Source: the human T2T-CHM13v2.0 reference genome, Homo sapiens. Taken from it: a stretch of DNA of 64,000 nt. Where the stretch lies: assembly GCF_009914755.1 (NCBI RefSeq), contig NC_060939.1; one strand, given 5' to 3'. Numbering within the stretch: position 1 is the first letter of the stretch; every line of letters begins with the position of its first letter. The notes below the pieces were generated by a model. That model saw nothing but the letters and a program-made list of their open reading frames with translations. It had not been told where the DNA came from and searched no databases. Shown here in pieces: positions 22,931 to 42,126 of this stretch. The position numbers and the translations under genes are program-made.

Positions 22931-25900
22931 AAAGTGCAGGCACTATTTATAAATTTTAAAGGCACTATTTGGAAATCTTAAAATAGAAAATTTGCCCAGT
23001 TTTACATTTTCCCTTTTCATACCTTAGCGTCCCTTCTCCCCGCCCCCGTTCAGTGTGAAGAGATGAGTGGGTTTAATTTTGTTACAATTGACCAAAACGT
23101 TTGAGTGTCAGAGGCGGATACTTTTATTTTAGTGAAAACCTCTTGACGGGTGTTAACAGCTGTTTAATACATGGCTCATAAACAAAGGGAAGATTATTTG
23201 AACTTGTCCCCATGCGTTTTTACTTGGTACCGTACATTTTCTCAGTTGGCATTTGATGGAGAAAAACTCAGGTCAGTATGTGCTAAGTACTATATATTTA
23301 AGATTCACAGTGGGATAGTTTAGTAGAAAATAGAAAATTTCACGTTCAATAACATTAAAAAGTGGCAGAATACAGCGTTAGGCAACCATTACTATGTAAG
23401 TAAATGTCAGAAAACTACTCTTTTAAGTGTTAATAGCACTTGCTAATGCAGGGTGACTGACAGCTTGGCTGATAGTGGGGTCACTTGGCCAAATCTTCGC
23501 AATTATCTTCCCTAGGCCTCCATTTCGGGAATTCTGAGTCCCGGTAAACGGTTGGGTTTATGCTCACTGATTTGCCTTGTTTGGAAACCTTTACAAGGAT
23601 TTCTGGTTAAAACTTCATCGTTCAGCAACGATGTCTTAATAATTAAATTACACATACTGAATTTAAGCAAGCAAGAAATTCAGTGGATTTATCTACTGTG
23701 GACAAAGTTTTTTTCCTGCCATACTAGAGTTTTTTTAGCAGTTGGAGTAGGCTGTCCTGTAGTTAGCCATAGTTTAGAGTTATTTTAGTAAAGTGTGTTA
23801 CTTCAAAGGAGATGTTGACCCTTCAGTGCAGGTGATATTTGCTTGGGCGTATGTCAAGTTTCTGAATACAGTCTGTGAAAGTTAGAATTCACTATGATAG
23901 TGAGTTTTGTAGGTTCTCATAATCTAGGTTCTTTGGGAAGAATTATTTGGATAGTTTGTGAAAACTAGCTGAAATTGCTTTTTCTGTTACAGAGAAGTGT
24001 TCATCAAATAATTTGTACCTGATTTTAAAATTATATGCTCAAATGTATATTGCGTATAAAATGCTAACAGAGAATTAAGTGTTTATAGAACTTGATGAAC
24101 GTTTAACTGTAGCTTCCAACTTAAAGTATACCTGCCACAAGAACGAAAGTAATAATCTCACCTCCCTTTTTGTGTAGAGACTGAATTCTAATTAGTTGTG
24201 TTAATAGTATTTGCTGAATACCTTTCAATTCCTAAAACTGGGGTCAAAGTAGTCAACATTGCAGTTAATTATTTTTGAAGAGGATATGAACTATTCTGTT
24301 ATTTAAGATATTTTAACCTAAATACCATTATGAGTTAAAATGCATACCATGATATAACAATTTACCTATTAACTGTTGACAATCTTGCAGCCAATTAAGT
24401 TTTTTATAGAACCAGTGTTCTTAGGTATGTTTGTTGAGCCTTCTACTTTTTTTCCCTTTGATGTGGGGAATAGCATCAAGCAGCAAGAAAAGAGTGTTGA
24501 TCGATTTCTCTCTCTTTCTCTCTCTCTCTCTGTATCCTTGCCGTTTAAAATATGCACTTTCCAACTAGTATTTGGCCGTTAGGGAGTTAGTATCTTTGTA
24601 AAGATTAAGTCAGCAGAGGAAGGTGGGCAAATAATATTTTTGATAAAGACTTTTGGTTGTGACAGTTGTAGCAAGTTATTGCTTGAGGAGTGAATCTGGA
24701 AGTTTATTTGAATTTTAACTAAAACTCACAGATTTTATCATTAGTTTACTCTCCCTTACCCCCAAATAAAACAACTGACAGTTATGAGAGACCTCCTGAG
24801 ACCACCTGGTATTTCCAAACTCCTATCATTTCTCCCATAAAATTTGATACACTAAGTTTGTTTCTGGTATAAAAATTGAGTGACTGCTCTGTGTCAGCCA
24901 TTAAATTTTTTCTTGCTATGAGCCATCTTTTTTTTTTTTTTTTTTTTAAGATCCTTTAGTTTTTAGCTGCTTCTTGGTAACCTTAGAACTTTGCTTCCTT
25001 GAAGAACTTGGCTTTCTTGATATGGTGTCACTTGAACAAAGAAACTTAAAAAAAAATTCCTCTAAGAGTATTTTGTGTACAGGTGAAAGTAACTTTGTGG
25101 CTTGGTTACACTGGGTGTGTCACAGCTGAGTAACTCCCTCCTGCACTTCAGCTTGACTAAGCGTTGAGTTCACATGTATACCTTTGCAAAGCTGCCATTC
25201 ACAACTTGTTTTGGAACTTTAGGGTTATCAGTATAAAGCCTGAGTAACAAAACTTAGTCATCCAATGTCCAGGCTGGATTGTATTTTTATTTTGTGATCA
25301 GTAATTCAGCACAATGCTGGAACACATTACTCACATTTGTCTTATGACCCTTTTCTGTAATCAATGGAATCTTTAATTGATAAAGCAAGTCTAGGGGGAG
25401 AGACATTTTTTAAAAAAAGCTCCTATATACTGAATATATTTGAGCCCTGATTATGAAGTGAGGGACAAGGCTTTTCTTTTTGAAATAAATGATGGAGGAC
25501 ATAGATATGTGGTAGCCATTCATGCTACATAATTTAGCATTTTATTGTTAATATGTTTGGTTATGGGTCTTCTTGTTTGGTATTTCAACATGTTCTGGAC
25601 TGGATATCATACTGAAAAGTATTTCAGTTCTCATTACTGAGTCCCTGTAGTTTGGGGAAAATGTGATCACTGATCTTGAAGGAGAGAATGTTTCAGAAGC
25701 ATCCGGCTAAGGCAGGATTGTAGAGATAGTCTTGATTTTATACTTTGGATTTAATTCTGATGAGTCATTTTGTCACTTGTGTATGCTTAACTGTTACCTC
25801 TGTGCCTGGCAAGAGCTAGGTATGAGTTCAGCTTTTACTTTAGTCCTGAAAATTTTTGTTCCCAGTTTAGGCCAGTGAAGAAGCACTTATGATTGGACTT

Positions 25901-27098
25901 GTAATTTTCTCATTTTAAAAATGTAGATAATGGTCATCTTCATTGGGTCATGAAGATTAAATAATATAGTGCCCATAAAATGCTTAGCAAAGAGCCCATC
26001 ACATTAAAAGTGCTCAATAAATGTAAGCTTTTAGTAAGGTTATTTTATTCTTACTGTTTGTTTCATCTTACTTTCTTGCACCCCTCCTTCATATCCTAAG
26101 TTCTTCTTCAGGAGCTAGGTTGGCCCTGAGGAACTCGCTGGTTGTCTTGGCCTACCAGGAGAGTTTGTTTAGGCCAGTTACAGGAGAGATTTGTGAGAAT
26201 GATTTTAGGAGGCAAGTCCTCATTTAGTCAGCTTGGGTGCGTTTTACAGTTCATCCTCTCTTAGAATTTTTTTTTTTTTTTTTTTTTTTTGAGAAGAGCC
26301 AGCCTTTTGAGAGAGCATATGACTCTTCCTGGACTACAACAGCTTCTTGTGTGAATCACAGCCCGGCTTTTGCCAGTTAGTCTGAGTAGATAACTACCCA
26401 CCCCCACTCCCCCAAGCTGATAATTATTACCCTGGTTTATCCTCTGTCTCATTTCCCCTCTCAAGCTGTTAGAGAATGAATACTGAATACTGTGGTGCAC
26501 TGCTCCATGGATATAAATGTAACAGCAGTAATATTTACAACCAATGTCTAATTGGCTGTAGCTTGCTTTCAGTGTTCAGTCTAAACCATAGGACTATATA
26601 TTTGTCTTAGCATAATGCCGAACATGCAAGTCTGCTTAAACTATAGTCTTAAGATTTGTGTGTTTTGGGTTTCCTCTACTTCCTCTATTTCCTGTCTTTT
26701 TTGGGTTATAGGTCAGATGGGTTCTACTTTTTATTCCCATTTCAGACTGTGGAGAGCTTCTAAAAATACCAGTGTCCATCCCTGCCCCTAGGATCTAGTT
26801 AATTTTTAAAAGCTCTCTGTGTTTCAAATTTGCATGTGTTTCTGTATGTTTGCAGTATCTCCGTGTGTTTTCAAATCTTCTGATGGAGCACTTCGTGTAC
26901 TTTAACCCTTGGTCTTTCCATTGCCTGTCCCATTTTTAAATTCCCTTTTTAGTCTTAATAGCTGCTTGAGTTAGGACCTCTGGAAGCAAAAGTGGGATAG
27001 GATGCTGACGGGGAATTGTAGGCTTGATGGAAGAGGATGTTTCTATATTAAATGTCATGGCAGATCCAGTTCTAGGCATACCTTTAAAATGTATACAC

Positions 27099-27400
27099 AG
27101 GCTGGGCGTGGTAGCTCACTCCTGTAATCCCAGCAGTTTGGGAGGCCCAGGCAGGCGGATCACTTGAGGTAGGGAGTTCGAGAACAGCCTGGCCAACATG
27201 GTGAAACCCTGTCTCTACTAAAAATACAAAGATTAGCTGGACATGATGGTGGGTGCCTGTAGTCCCAGCTGCTTGGGAGGCTGAGGCCGGACAATCTCCT
27301 GAAGCTGGGAGGCGGAGGTTGCAGTTAGATGAACTGACACACCACTGCACTCCAGCCTGGGAGACAGGGTGACCAAAAAAAAAAAAAGAAAAAAGATAAA
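27099..27400 (+). mobile_element. AluS
   Basis: Forward Alu consensus with A-tail. Confidence 0.93.
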
Positions 27401-27740
27401 AAATGTATATGCAGGTGGGCTTTCTCCCCTCAAGATTCTGAATTCCTTGTAAGTGTCTTCTAGTCGCTTTAAGCTCTTGTGGTCGTCTCTTCCTTAGTGT
27501 ACTCTCCTTACATCCTTTGGAAGTTTAGATTCTAGAATTATTTACTTGGAATGCAGTTACATTCCATTCTAAACTTCCTTTCCCTTGGGTTTATAAAAAC
27601 ATTGGTGGGTTGTGAATTGTGACCGACATTGAAAAAATACAAAAGAATGTGGTAATAAACTCCAGGGTGTATCCCATTTGTATGGGTTGTTTCTAAGTCT
27701 AGCAGTGCCTGCTAGCTGGTAATCTTTCACTTTGGATTTT

Positions 27741-28079
27741 TTGTTGTTGTTGGGACAGAGTCTCACTCTGCTGTGCTGGGATTACAGGTGTGAACCATCA
27801 TACCCAGCCTCGTGGTGGTATTATAGATGCCTGAGGCTGGATAATTTGTTATTGTGGGGAGCGTCTCATACACAGTGCGGTGCTGCAATCCCAGTCTCAG
27901 GTGGGATTTTCCCACCTCTGCCTCCCAAGGAGCTGGGACCACAGGTGTGTACCACCCCACCTGTCTAATTTTTGTAGAGATGGGTTTGGACCATGTTGCC
28001 CAGGCTGGTCTCTAATTCTTGGGCTCACCTAGACCTCCGAAAGTGCTGGGATTACAGATGTGAGCCACCGTACCTGGCC
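27741..28079 (-). mobile_element. AluJ-like element interrupted by a 102-bp foreign insert
   Basis: TSD TTCACTTTGGATTTT at 27726-27740 and 28080-28094; Alu consensus broken at 27773-27874. Confidence 0.85.
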
Positions 28080-28200
28080 TTCACTTTGGATTTTATCAGG
28101 AAGGAATATTGTACATGGTGAACATTTTGTAGAAAAATACCAAAGTAGATTTATATTTATTGAGTGCTTACTCTGGGTAAGGGACTGTTTTAAGGGTTTT

Positions 28201-28202
<2 letters not shown>

Positions 28203-28236
<34 letters not shown>

Positions 28237-28272
28237 ATATATGTATATATATACACATATATACATATATAT
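28203..28272. repeat. (TG)n / (TA)n compound microsatellite
   Basis: About 15 GT units followed by TA/CA units. Confidence 0.95.
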
Positions 28273-28274
28273 AA

Positions 28275-29037
<763 letters not shown>

Positions 29038-29059
29038 TGAATTTGTTTATGCTGGTTGT

Positions 29060-29372
29060 ACGGTCATGTGTTGCTTAGCAATGGAGATACATTCTGAGAA
29101 GTATGTCGTTAGGTGATCTTGTAGTTGTATGAACATCTCACACAAACCTAGGTATAGCCTACTGCACACTTATGCTGTAGCCTGTTGCTCCTAGGCCACA
29201 ACTGTATAGAGCATGTTACAGTACTGAATGCTGTAGGTGATTGTAATACAATGGTAAATATTTGTGTATCTAAACAGAAAAGGTACAGTTAAAATACAGT
29301 ATTACAGTCTTATGGGATCACTGTTGTATATGACACCAGTCATTGACCTAAACTTCCTTATGTGGTGCATGA
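29060..29372. mobile_element. Tigger3/MER7-like TcMar DNA transposon relic
   Basis: GTCATGTGTTGCTTA...ATACATTCTGAGAAGTATGTCGTTAGGTGAT start, ending ...GTGGTGCATGA. Confidence 0.7.
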
Positions 29373-29718
29373 TACTTGTAACTTTGCATTTTAATTAAAT
29401 AGCAAGTCAGTAGGCGAAATGATTGTGAGAGATTGTTTCAGTGAAAACTAAGTTGAATGCTTTAGGAAGACTAAATAATAGCATGTATACTACCTCCTAA
29501 GAATCTAGAACTTGTTCTGATTGCTTTGTATGTGTTAGTTTATGTAATTCTCACCACTCCTGAGGTACATATGCTTATCGCTATTTGCTAGATGAGAAAA
29601 TTGAGTCACAAGGAGAGTAGATGGTAGAATTGGGATTCAAACAGTGGCAGTTTGACTCCAGCATTGATTAAGCATCTTGTGAAAAGTTGCTGTCAAATTA
29701 ATGGGTAAGAGGAAACTT

Positions 29719-30040
29719 AGCCGGGTGTAGTGGTTGATTCTTGTAATCCCAGCACTTTCGGAGGCTGAGGCTGGCAGATCACTTGAGGCCAGGAGTTCGA
29801 GACCAGCCTGGCCAACATGGTGAAACCCTGTGTCTACTAAAAATACAAAAATTAGCTGGATGTGGTGGTGCACTCCTGTAATACCGGCTATTAGGGAGGC
29901 TGAGGCAGAGACGCTTGAACCTGGGAGGCGGAAGTTGCAGTGAGCTCAGATCGCACCACTCCACTCTAGCCTGGGCAGCAGAGTGAGACTGTGTCCCCCC
30001 AACCCCTGCCCAAGAAAAAATCAACATCAACAAAAAAAGA
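29719..30040 (+). mobile_element. AluS
   Basis: Forward Alu consensus. Confidence 0.92.
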
Positions 30041-30614
30041 GGAAACTAATGTATATGAGACTGCGGAAAATAGTAAAAATCTTGCATAATTCTGTAGTTT
30101 GCTTCTTTTTAAACACTTTGCATTTTAAAGAAGCAGACTCAAAATCACAGTGCACTGTGGGTGTGATTGATGCCAGTCACACATTCTGCTGTTCAAAAGG
30201 CCATGACTCTACATCAAAAGATTCTAGTTAAAATGTTGCCCTGAAGTGATGCTCATGGGGATAGTATAAGAAACAAATGTGCAAAGATGGGTAGATGGGA
30301 GGTACTGGAGGCCTCGGAACTTCACCTTTGTGCAGTTTGTCGTCCATTGGCACACATGAACTTTGGATTTGGCCACACGTTTTGAAGATTTGTGCTTTGC
30401 TTCAAGTTTGTTTTTTTTTGTTCGAAACTTAGTTCCCAGACAGGTTTTGCATGAGAATCACTTGGAGAATTTTAAAAGCCAAGCTCCCTGTCTGATTGGA
30501 TTTGGGAGCCATGTAGTAGGTTTGAGGAATTGTCCAAAGCTCTGGGTGGGTCTGTGGCATAGCTAGGCTTGAGAACTGTTGTGTTTATCTGCCGTCTCGG
30601 GGAATAGTTCTTGA

Positions 30615-31200
<586 letters not shown>

Positions 31201-31639
31201 TCAAAGGAAAGCAGTAATGGATCAAACTCTTGCACTGTTCTCTTTCCCTTGCTTAAAAAAAAGTCTGTTCCCTCTGAATCTAGCTTTATATAGACGTTTA
31301 AATCCTTAAGTTTACTTGCTAAAAATCACCTGGGGTGCTTGTTCAACATATTCCCAGGCTTCTTGCTTGAAAGTTAAAAAATTCAGCAATTCTAGGGTTG
31401 TGTCCAAGAATCTGTATGTTGAACAGCAACCTCAGTTGATTCTTGTACTGAGGCAAGTTTGGGAATAAGGTCAGTGTGGGACGGGGTTTCGATCTTTTCT
31501 GTTCTGTTCTGCTGCTTTTTAGCTGTAGAATCTTGGGCAGGAGTGTCTGAGCCTGTTTCTTCATCTTTTAAAATAGAGTAAGGGTAGTACTTGTCTCTTA
31601 GGGAAGGAAGTTCAAATTAAATAAAATGATACTTCTAGG

Positions 31640-32147
<508 letters not shown>

Positions 32148-32973
32148 TGCTTGCCTTGGTAAATGTTGGTTGTTAGTAATAAAGTTGAGTCCCTTTGCGG
32201 TTTCTTCTCTGGCCTGATCCAGGGACCCCTCTTACTCCCATGACGTTATGGGCATACGTTTCACATTTATTATTGGGATTGGTAATCAGATCTTTTAATC
32301 TCCTTTGAACTTTGGGAGTTGCTGAAAGCACCATATATTTTATAAAAGTCTAAAGTTTATAACCTAAACAATAGCTAACTAAAGACAAGACTCACAGGGC
32401 TGAAAGGAACTCTTGGTCAAATTGGTCCATCTGTCCTTAGGGCTTTAATGGGTGTAAATACATTGCCCGAGGTGGTTAAGTATTCTTTTGTTAATGAATT
32501 CTGGGGAGAACTCCCCTTGTAACTGCTTTTCACAGCTTGGTTATTTACAAAGACTTTTGATTTTACCTGAATAGAAAGCTTCTTTTGTCTTTTGTGTATT
32601 AGCACATTGCCAGATCCTGATTAGGTAGGTATTTGTGAAGTGCCTTAACTAATTTGTACCTTAACCAGGCTTCTTGCTAGAATACATGTTTCTCTAATGT
32701 ATGCCTGGGTGCTAATAGTTTGGTGCTATGGAAACTACTTATATTTGGTTATTGGGGAGCAGAAGTAGTATGCATGATGAGGCTAAGGTGATGCCTGCCT
32801 GGCTTCAGCTGTGAATTTTAGAAATACACTGATTAAAGGTAAATTTTTTTTTCTGTCCTTACTGCTGGATTTCTTAATCTGGGAGGTACTTGATGGAATT
32901 TAGCCTTTTTATCCCTTGAAATTATAAGCAGCATTTTGTGTGCACTTTTTCTTATACATGTACCTTTTTCTGC

Positions 32974-33833
<860 letters not shown>

Positions 33834-33986
33834 TAATAAAGTTTTAAAATAAAAAAGTTAGACATAGCTAGGGTCACTTTTATGATTTTGGCATATAAAG
33901 AGTTGGCACTTATAAAATGTACATGGTTATGTAAATATGTTTTGTGTTTTAAAAATTTAATAGTTTTGAAATTTTCTTTTTGATAT

Positions 33987-34603
33987 TGTGAAAGGAAAAT
34001 AAATCTCGGTATCTCCAAATTACTAAGCCAAAGGGAAAAGTCAAGCTGGGAACTGTGTCAGGCAAACCTGCCTCCCATTTTTTTCCTAAATAAGATAGCT
34101 AGAAAAATAAAAATGCTACATACCTCCCTAACAATTTGCCCACAGGGAAATTCCTTGTGGACAAAGAACTCAAAGCCATCCCCTCTGTTCACCTAAGACA
34201 AATGCGTATCTGATTGCTTCCTCTGCCCTGTTGTTTTGCTAAGCCAGACTGAGGCATAAATGACTATGCCTCTACTCTCTTCTCACATGGAACTTGTGTA
34301 TTCAGTGAAAGGCTAATCAAGAGACTTAAAAGAATGCAACTGTTTGTCTATTATCTACCTATGACCTGGAAGCCCCCTCCCCTGCTTCCAGTTGTCCGGC
34401 CTTTCCAGGCCAAACCAGTGTGCATCTTACACATATTGATGTCTCATGTCTCCCTAAAATGTGTGAAAACCAAGCTGTGCCCCATTACCCTGGGCACATA
34501 CCATCAGGACCTCCTGAGGATGTGTCACGGGCACGTCCTTAACCTTGGCAAAATAAACTTTCTAAATTGATTGAGCTCTGTTTCAGATACTTTTGGGCTC
34601 ACA
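33987..34603 (+). mobile_element. MER4A-like ERV1 solo LTR
   Basis: Starts TGTGAAAGGAAAATAAATCT, ends GGCTCACA, internal AATAAA near 34552, flanks atat/gtat. Confidence 0.8.
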
Positions 34604-34802
34604 GTATTTACAGACATAATTCAGCCCTAATCTAGCTGCTGCATTTAGTTGCATAGTGTGAATATTTCACATTTTACTTTTACATTTTCATAAATGGGTA
34701 TATGGATTATTTAGGTTTTGTTATGAACAGAGCTCTGAATATTTATTTGCCTCGTCCTATACAAGTTTGATAATTTGTCTACGTTACATGCCCACAAATT
34801 GA

Positions 34803-35852
<1,050 letters not shown>

Positions 35853-36269
35853 GGTGTGACCAGTCAGTCTTCTTTGCTTTTCCATCTTAAGACACATAGA
35901 AGTGACTGAGAAGGAATAGTTATGCAATGACATCGGTTTAATAATCAGTTCAACTGAAGAATGTATGTAAATAAGGGCAGTGATACCTAACGCTGATAGT
36001 TGATAGTGTGGATTGCATAATTCAGACTGTGGGGTGATATCTTACACACGCACATACACACACACACTCTTGGGCTTTGTCTTCTTTATAGGTAAGGATT
36101 AGGAGAATTTTGACATATGCCTGACACAAAAGTGCTCCGTAAATATTAGCTATTGTATCACTGGCAGGAAGTTAGCCTGGAAATAAGTTTTATGGAATTC
36201 CAGTGTAGATTGCTTTGTGATTGTTTTGCCAGATTTTGCTTTCACCCACAAAAACACTAAGCTCTGCCA

Positions 36270-36420
36270 ACCAGTTCGGCCATTTTGTAAGTTAGCAAAA
36301 TAAACACTAAAGTGAAATGGCGGCTTTTGGGCGGGGCTCCCACAGGCTGGCTCCTTTTAAGTGGAATGTTGCTGTGCTGCCCTCTTGTGGCCATTTGGGA
36401 AACCGCGATTAAAAATGGAA
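36270..36420. promoter_or_regulatory. CTCF + YY1 + GC-box cluster in CHD2 intron 2
   Basis: CTCF-type TGGCCACAAGAGGGCAGCA on - strand (36375-36393); YY1 CGGCCATTTTG 36277-36287 and AAATGGCGGC 36315-36324; GGGCGGGGC 36329-36337. Confidence 0.7.
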
Positions 36421-37021
36421 CAGTAAGTGTTAATGGCACTTCGTTTCAAAGTCCAGTTCCAAGAAGGTTAATCACTCCGTTTTTACCTACTTCAGAAAGT
36501 ATTTTGAAGAGATACCAAATTCTTTTTATCCACAAGCAAAAGGAAGTGGTAAACCTTTTTCTCATCAGCATTTATTTTTGATTGGAATCTGAATTCCCAG
36601 TTTTGACTTGTTTTTTTATCTGTGTGTTGTATTTTCCTTTTAATTATTTGTTAAGTAAAAAATTATAAAAGTTGTTTGCAATTTAGATGTTGAATAATTT
36701 TCAGATAGTTGTTTTTCGTGAAGATTCTGTATATATGTTGGATAGTCATTCCTGAAAATCCAATGTTTAATTGCCCTGTAACTAGTAAGCCACTGGTAGT
36801 CAGCTAATTTTATTACTTTGTTATTTAGGTGAAGGCTTAAAGGACTCCACTCACTAACTCAGTTTGACCCTTTCTATTAGTCTTGTGGGCTTTCTGCCTC
36901 CTCTACTAAACCAGCACTAAAGCTACAGCTTAGTACTAATAGTATTTACTATTATAATTATTAGGTATTAATGGCAATTCTACATAGTCTTTTAGGAAAT
37001 GTCGTTTTTTTAAGGGAATAA

Positions 37022-37953
<932 letters not shown>

Positions 37954-40900
37954 TAAAAACACTTTTTAAAAACACTCATTCAAATCTTTGCTGGTTTTGT
38001 GTAGGGTGGGATGTACTTGCCGCCCTTGGTTTGGATTTGGCTCTCATGATTAGACTTACTTTAGACAATTAACTAGTTTAGACATTAAAAATACTTAAGG
38101 TATATAATGAAGTGCTGTGAATTCACTATTAAGCTTCACTACTAAGTTTCAGTCATAAAATGTCACTAGTATCATTCCCTGAGAGCATCTGCCTCCCTCA
38201 ACCCCTAAAGGCAAATATAGTTGTGAACTTGGTGTTAATCTTTTCTTGGGTTTGATTTTCATTGTTGTTATTTTTGAAATTACACAAGTAATCCATGGAA
38301 CTCACAAGTATACTTCAAATAACCCATCCCTAACAGAGTAAACCAGTGTTAGCAATGTGGTGATTAAAATGCATTTATACACATAGATATATGCTGACAG
38401 AAAAACGGCTTTTTTTTTTCCCCAGAAGGTATTGTTGTGTGCATTGTTACATTTCTAGGAATCACTCTCCTACACAAACTCAAAAACACATAGCTGCACA
38501 AGAAGATACGTAGAAAGAAAGATATTTATGGTTACAGTCAACAGTTTCCAAATACAAATACTCTACTCAGAAATATGGAAAGTGTATCAGAGATATTTGC
38601 AACTTATTGATTAAGTGAAAAATCTGAAAATAACCTAAATGTACCGTTAATAGGGGAATGTTATATAAAATGTAGTGAATTTATAGTATAAACCAGTTCA
38701 AAGGGAATGAGATGGGCATCCATATAGACATATCCTGATGCGGGCATTGGCATTCCATTACATCCTATCTGCAGTGCTTCCCACTTTTCAACACAGAACA
38801 CTATAAACATTTCTAGTTGGGCTGTTCTAGTTATCTTCAGTAAACTAATGCTGCCTTTTGTGGGTCTCTAGTTGGTAAAGATTTTCAGTCTTTTTGTTGC
38901 TGTTGGAGTTTTCTGTTTCCTAGTAGTGTGTAGACCTGTTGTCTGTGACAGTTTTATTGGTGGTGATTGCCAAAACATGATTCTATTCTTAAACTTTTGT
39001 CTGGAGTTAAACATTATAGTAGTTGAAAAACTAAATACGTTATTTCAAAGGGGAGGCAAATTGCACATTCTAGCAAATGAATGTGCAATTGAATCCTTCT
39101 CTAATATACCAGGCACAAAGAACATCAAAGGAGATATGCTTAGTTTGCAAGTTTATTGGGGAGGTTGACAAGCGGCCAGATTACTCGATAGTATGGGACA
39201 AGTGGAGGCAAGGTAGTGTAGATGTTAACAGCTGCCGGAGCTTTGGAGTGAGTCTTTCTAGGTCAGCATGTGTGTCATTGCTAAAAGTATAGAGAGCCAG
39301 CAGGGCATGGTAATTGAAGCTCAGACTTGAGATGTGGCTGCCTGTTTTCCATCTCGGTGGTGGTAACTGCTGTGACATATGTCAGTATTGTGGAAGTATC
39401 TGATAGGTATTGAGCTTAGGATAGGAGACCAAAGGATGTTTTCTGGGAGAAGGTGATACCTAAGCCCACAAAATTAGAGAGGTATTTAATTTGCTGTGTC
39501 CGCAGTGGGTGCAGGAGCTAGAGGGGAGCAATGCTAGGTCTAGAGTCTGGAGCAGTGGGGGTGAGGGAAGAAATGATTAAGTCATGTGCCTTGAGAAATT
39601 GTCAGAGGCCAGGTTTTATAGGGCATGCTGAAATTGGATGTTATCAGTGACCAGAAGACCCGGATGCCTGGGAGGTGAACAAGCCTTCAGCTGCCTTTGC
39701 TATGGGAATACAGTTTCCAGGTACTGCCTTGCCTAACATCCCTTTCAAGTAGACTGCCCTTTCTATTAAATAAATCCCTTCCTTACTTACAAGGAAATTC
39801 TGGAGCTGTCTCTGTACCTGTCTGTCCATGAACAAATAGTGGAGGCAAAACTAATAAATTCCAGCTAGTGTCATGGATTGTGGGGTAACGACTCACTAAT
39901 GGGTGTTAGCTGGGGAGAATTTTGTGTTAGAAGGGGAATCTCAGCTTGGATGTGATATGCTCAGATTTCCTGTTTGGGTAGGGCTTTGGCATTTATAGGG
40001 CACTGCTTTCATAGCTGCCATTAGATGTTCTTATGACACTACTGGTAGATGTCACATAGGTTGACACAAGTTAAAAGATGACACAGGCCTGAGGTGAGCT
40101 AGGACTGAAATGGAAGCTGCGATGCCAGAGCCCACAGCTTTTAAGTGTTCCTATCACTATCCAGCTCTCCTCTTCCTTTTTTCTTTCCTGTTGACAACCT
40201 GCCTGGTCACAGGTATAAAGTAAATGACTCAGATGCTTTAGTCACCTGGACTAGTCAGCTTGGACTGTGCAAGGGGTTAAGGAGTCAGTAATTGTAATGA
40301 GGTCTTGAAACTGTTGAGTCACTTGTTACAAGGAAGCCTGTTTTGGGACCTTGTGTAACAGGGATAAGAGTTAATAATGTTTTCTGAGTCTCTAATCTTT
40401 TGGCCCCCTATGGTAAAATAGAAAGAAATGAGCTTTAGATCCACACTTGGATTGGAATCCCGGCCCCTCACCCTCTTCCTCAATTTCTAGTTTTGTCCAT
40501 TGGCCAAGTTACATAAAAGAGGTCAGTTTTTTTCGTCATTCATATGGTGATAATAATGCCTAATAGTATTGTCCTTGGGAATAAGCAAAATAATACATAT
40601 AAAGTACTTAGCCTAGTGTCTGATACCTGTTAGGTGATCAGGAAGTTACATGGTTTTTCTCATCTTTCCCCACTTCCCAGTATTGAGAACCTCCCCTCGA
40701 CCCCTGCTCTCCCATTTTTTCTCATTGCTTCCTCATGGTAACTGAAAGGCCTCCGTATTGTAATGTGCTGTGGATCGCATGGTGTTATTTGCAGCAGTCC
40801 CAGTTTGCAGTGTACTGCCCTGTGCACCTCTAGAAGATGCAGTGATGGTAAATATAGAACTTCCCCTTACCCTTTCAGGTTTTGTGCCACGTGTCTTATC

Positions 40901-41515
40901 TCCTGGCTTCTGAACTCAGGGACTTTTCTGTTAATGTTACTGTAGGTTCTGGGTTTTTCCTTGCCCCCCTCAGAGCAAAGATGGGTAGTTTTTAAGCAAG
41001 AGTAAACAGTCCACCTCTTGCTGTAGAGTCCATCCGTTTGAGGTCTTTTTGCTTCAGAGTATCTTCCCCTCTACCAGCATGCCCCTCAGTTGCTTTTTCA
41101 CCATTAGAGGAAGATGAGGATATTGTTTTCTCTGTGCTTGAGATTGATACTCTATCACCCCTCAGTCTCTGTGGTTTCTGTTTTGTTCCTTTAGATGACA
41201 TCTACCTACTTAGGTTGCTGCTCCCTATGGGATGTTTGGAATGAAGAAGGGAAGGGAGATGTGTGGAGGCCAGTAGCCGTCTTTATTGGGTTGGGTGTTC
41301 TCATTAGCATCAGAGTGCCCTTTTTGTTTACTTACTTCTGTTAAGTCTACCACTTCTGGATCTCACTGCAGATTATAAGGCAGGGCCTCTGGATTGAAGT
41401 TAATGTGTATAAATTTTTATAAAGCTCCTCAGATGAGCCTAATTTGCTCCTATTAGTGAGAACCACGATTGGATAATTGCAACCAGTTTGCATTCTTCCT
41501 CTTTGGGTGAGATGC

Positions 41516-42126
<611 letters not shown>

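Noticed and set aside
39648-39720. Possible 73-nt cassette exon (ttatcag|...CAG|GTACTG)
   Set aside because: No real pyrimidine tract and a mediocre donor; not supportable without RNA data.
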